A stretch of 32,000 bases of DNA from Candidatus Saccharimonadota bacterium (GTDB lineage: Bacteria > Patescibacteriota > Saccharimonadia > Saccharimonadales > Saccharimonadaceae), in the NCBI RefSeq assembly GCF_025273655.1, contig NZ_CP045921.1, forward strand, positions 360,001-392,000. Reading direction: 5' to 3'. The position numbers and the translations under genes are program-made. Positions 31,377 through 32,000 of this stretch are shown in pieces (positions within the stretch are counted from its first letter, which is position 1; the number at the start of each line of letters is the position of its first letter). The notes under the pieces are model-generated. The model had not been told where the DNA came from. It was given only the letters and a program-made list of their open reading frames with translations, and did no database searches.

Positions 31377-31757
31377 ATGAATGATTCCCAACTCGAAGGT
31401 ACAAAACTTGCTAACTTTACTCCCCTGCCAAAAGTCGCAGAGTTGCAGATTATCGATACGGTCGAAGGAACTGGCGAGACAGTACCCGAAGGTGCGACGA
31501 TCACAGCCCACTACACCGGGGCGTTGTGCGTAGACGGTACTATTTTTCAGAGTAGCCATGATTTTGACGAGCCCATTACGTTTCCGCTTGACCGCGTGAT
31601 TGCGGGCTGGACTGAGGGTGTTCCCGGTATGAAAGTCGGTGGTACGCGCCGCCTTATTATCCCTTCGGAAAAAGCCTACGGCTCTGTACGCGCCGCAGCG
31701 AATATCCCACCAAATAGCGACCTGGTATTTGATATCGAACTAGTAGCAATCAAATAG
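31377..31757 (+). CDS. FKBP-type peptidyl-prolyl cis-trans isomerase
   Basis: 126 aa from ATG 31377. TAHYTGAL.DGT.F.SS.D...P..F.L..VI.GW.EG..GMKVGG.R.L.IP...AYG fits the FKBP_C core. Confidence 0.92.
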   Translation: MNDSQLEGTKLANFTPLPKVAELQIIDTVEGTGETVPEGATITAHYTGALCVDGTIFQSSHDFDEPITFPLDRVIAGWTEGVPGMKVGGTRRLIIPSEKAYGSVRAAANIPPNSDLVFDIELVAIK

Positions 31758-32000
31758 TCGGAGGATTATCTCTCTTGTAGGTAAGGGCGCGACGGCTCGA
31801 CTGCTCGTAAAACGCGCGTGCTGCAAACGCAAGGATAGCATGCCGAGTATCACTGAGTGATTGTGAAAAATATACGTCTATACCATCTATATGAAACCCA
31901 TACTCGCCTGCGACTGTTGCTGCAGCTTCATATTTAGTGAGGTCATGGGTGGCGGCTAGCGAATATATATCGATGAGACCATCTTCGATCGCTGCATGGA
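31750..32000 (-). CDS. 3' fragment of a CDS whose start lies beyond the window; hypothetical
   Basis: The minus-strand frame is open from the window edge to TGA (31750-31752): ..HAAIEDGLIDIYSLAATHDLTKYEAAATVAGEYGFHIDGIDVYF..TYKRDNPPTI*. It overlaps the FKBP stop by 8 nt. No family recognised. Confidence 0.45.
   Translation of the reverse strand, partial: HAAIEDGLIDIYSLAATHDLTKYEAAATVAGEYGFHIDGIDVYFSQSLSDTRHAILAFAARAFYEQSSRRALTYKRDNPPTI

Overview
Gene-dense bacterial chromosomal window, roughly 90% coding, with most genes on the minus strand and moderate GC. I support about 36 CDS. I found no rRNA, tRNA, CRISPR array, transposase or integrase.

Recognisable content:
- Housekeeping genes: pth, der, an S4-domain pseudouridine synthase, an FKBP-type PPIase and an MPG-type DNA glycosylase.
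- A compact aerobic module: type-II NADH dehydrogenase plus cyoABCDE (quinol oxidase and heme O synthase), with yaaA divergent from cyoA.
- A histidine kinase / receiver pair.
- An MMPL transporter operon.
- A ThrE-family exporter.
- A chaB / SDR / flavoprotein stress-like cluster.
- An HxlR / FMN-reductase pair.
- Two secreted putative cell-wall enzymes: a DUF4185-like lipoprotein and an M23 peptidase.

The most unusual locus is at 243-3563. A Fur-family regulator sits next to a two-gene operon. The second gene encodes a very acidic protein carrying four copies of a His/Cys motif (HGE[LI]GH[VI]C-x3-CEH) that I cannot assign to any family. That gene contains a recent ~220-bp tandem duplication and is split by an apparent 1-nt frameshift.

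Other notable patterns:
- Many start codons lie 6-9 nt downstream of a TAnnnT -10-like hexamer with no Shine-Dalgarno, which suggests leaderless mRNAs. One pair of divergent ATGs is only 22 bp apart with overlapping -10 boxes.
- Several convergent gene pairs overlap at their stop codons.
- Both partners of the two-component system carry long Pro/Ala-rich tails.

Gene content and compactness are compatible with a small-genome, possibly host-associated lineage such as Saccharibacteria-like bacteria. This is a guess and cannot be established from the window alone.
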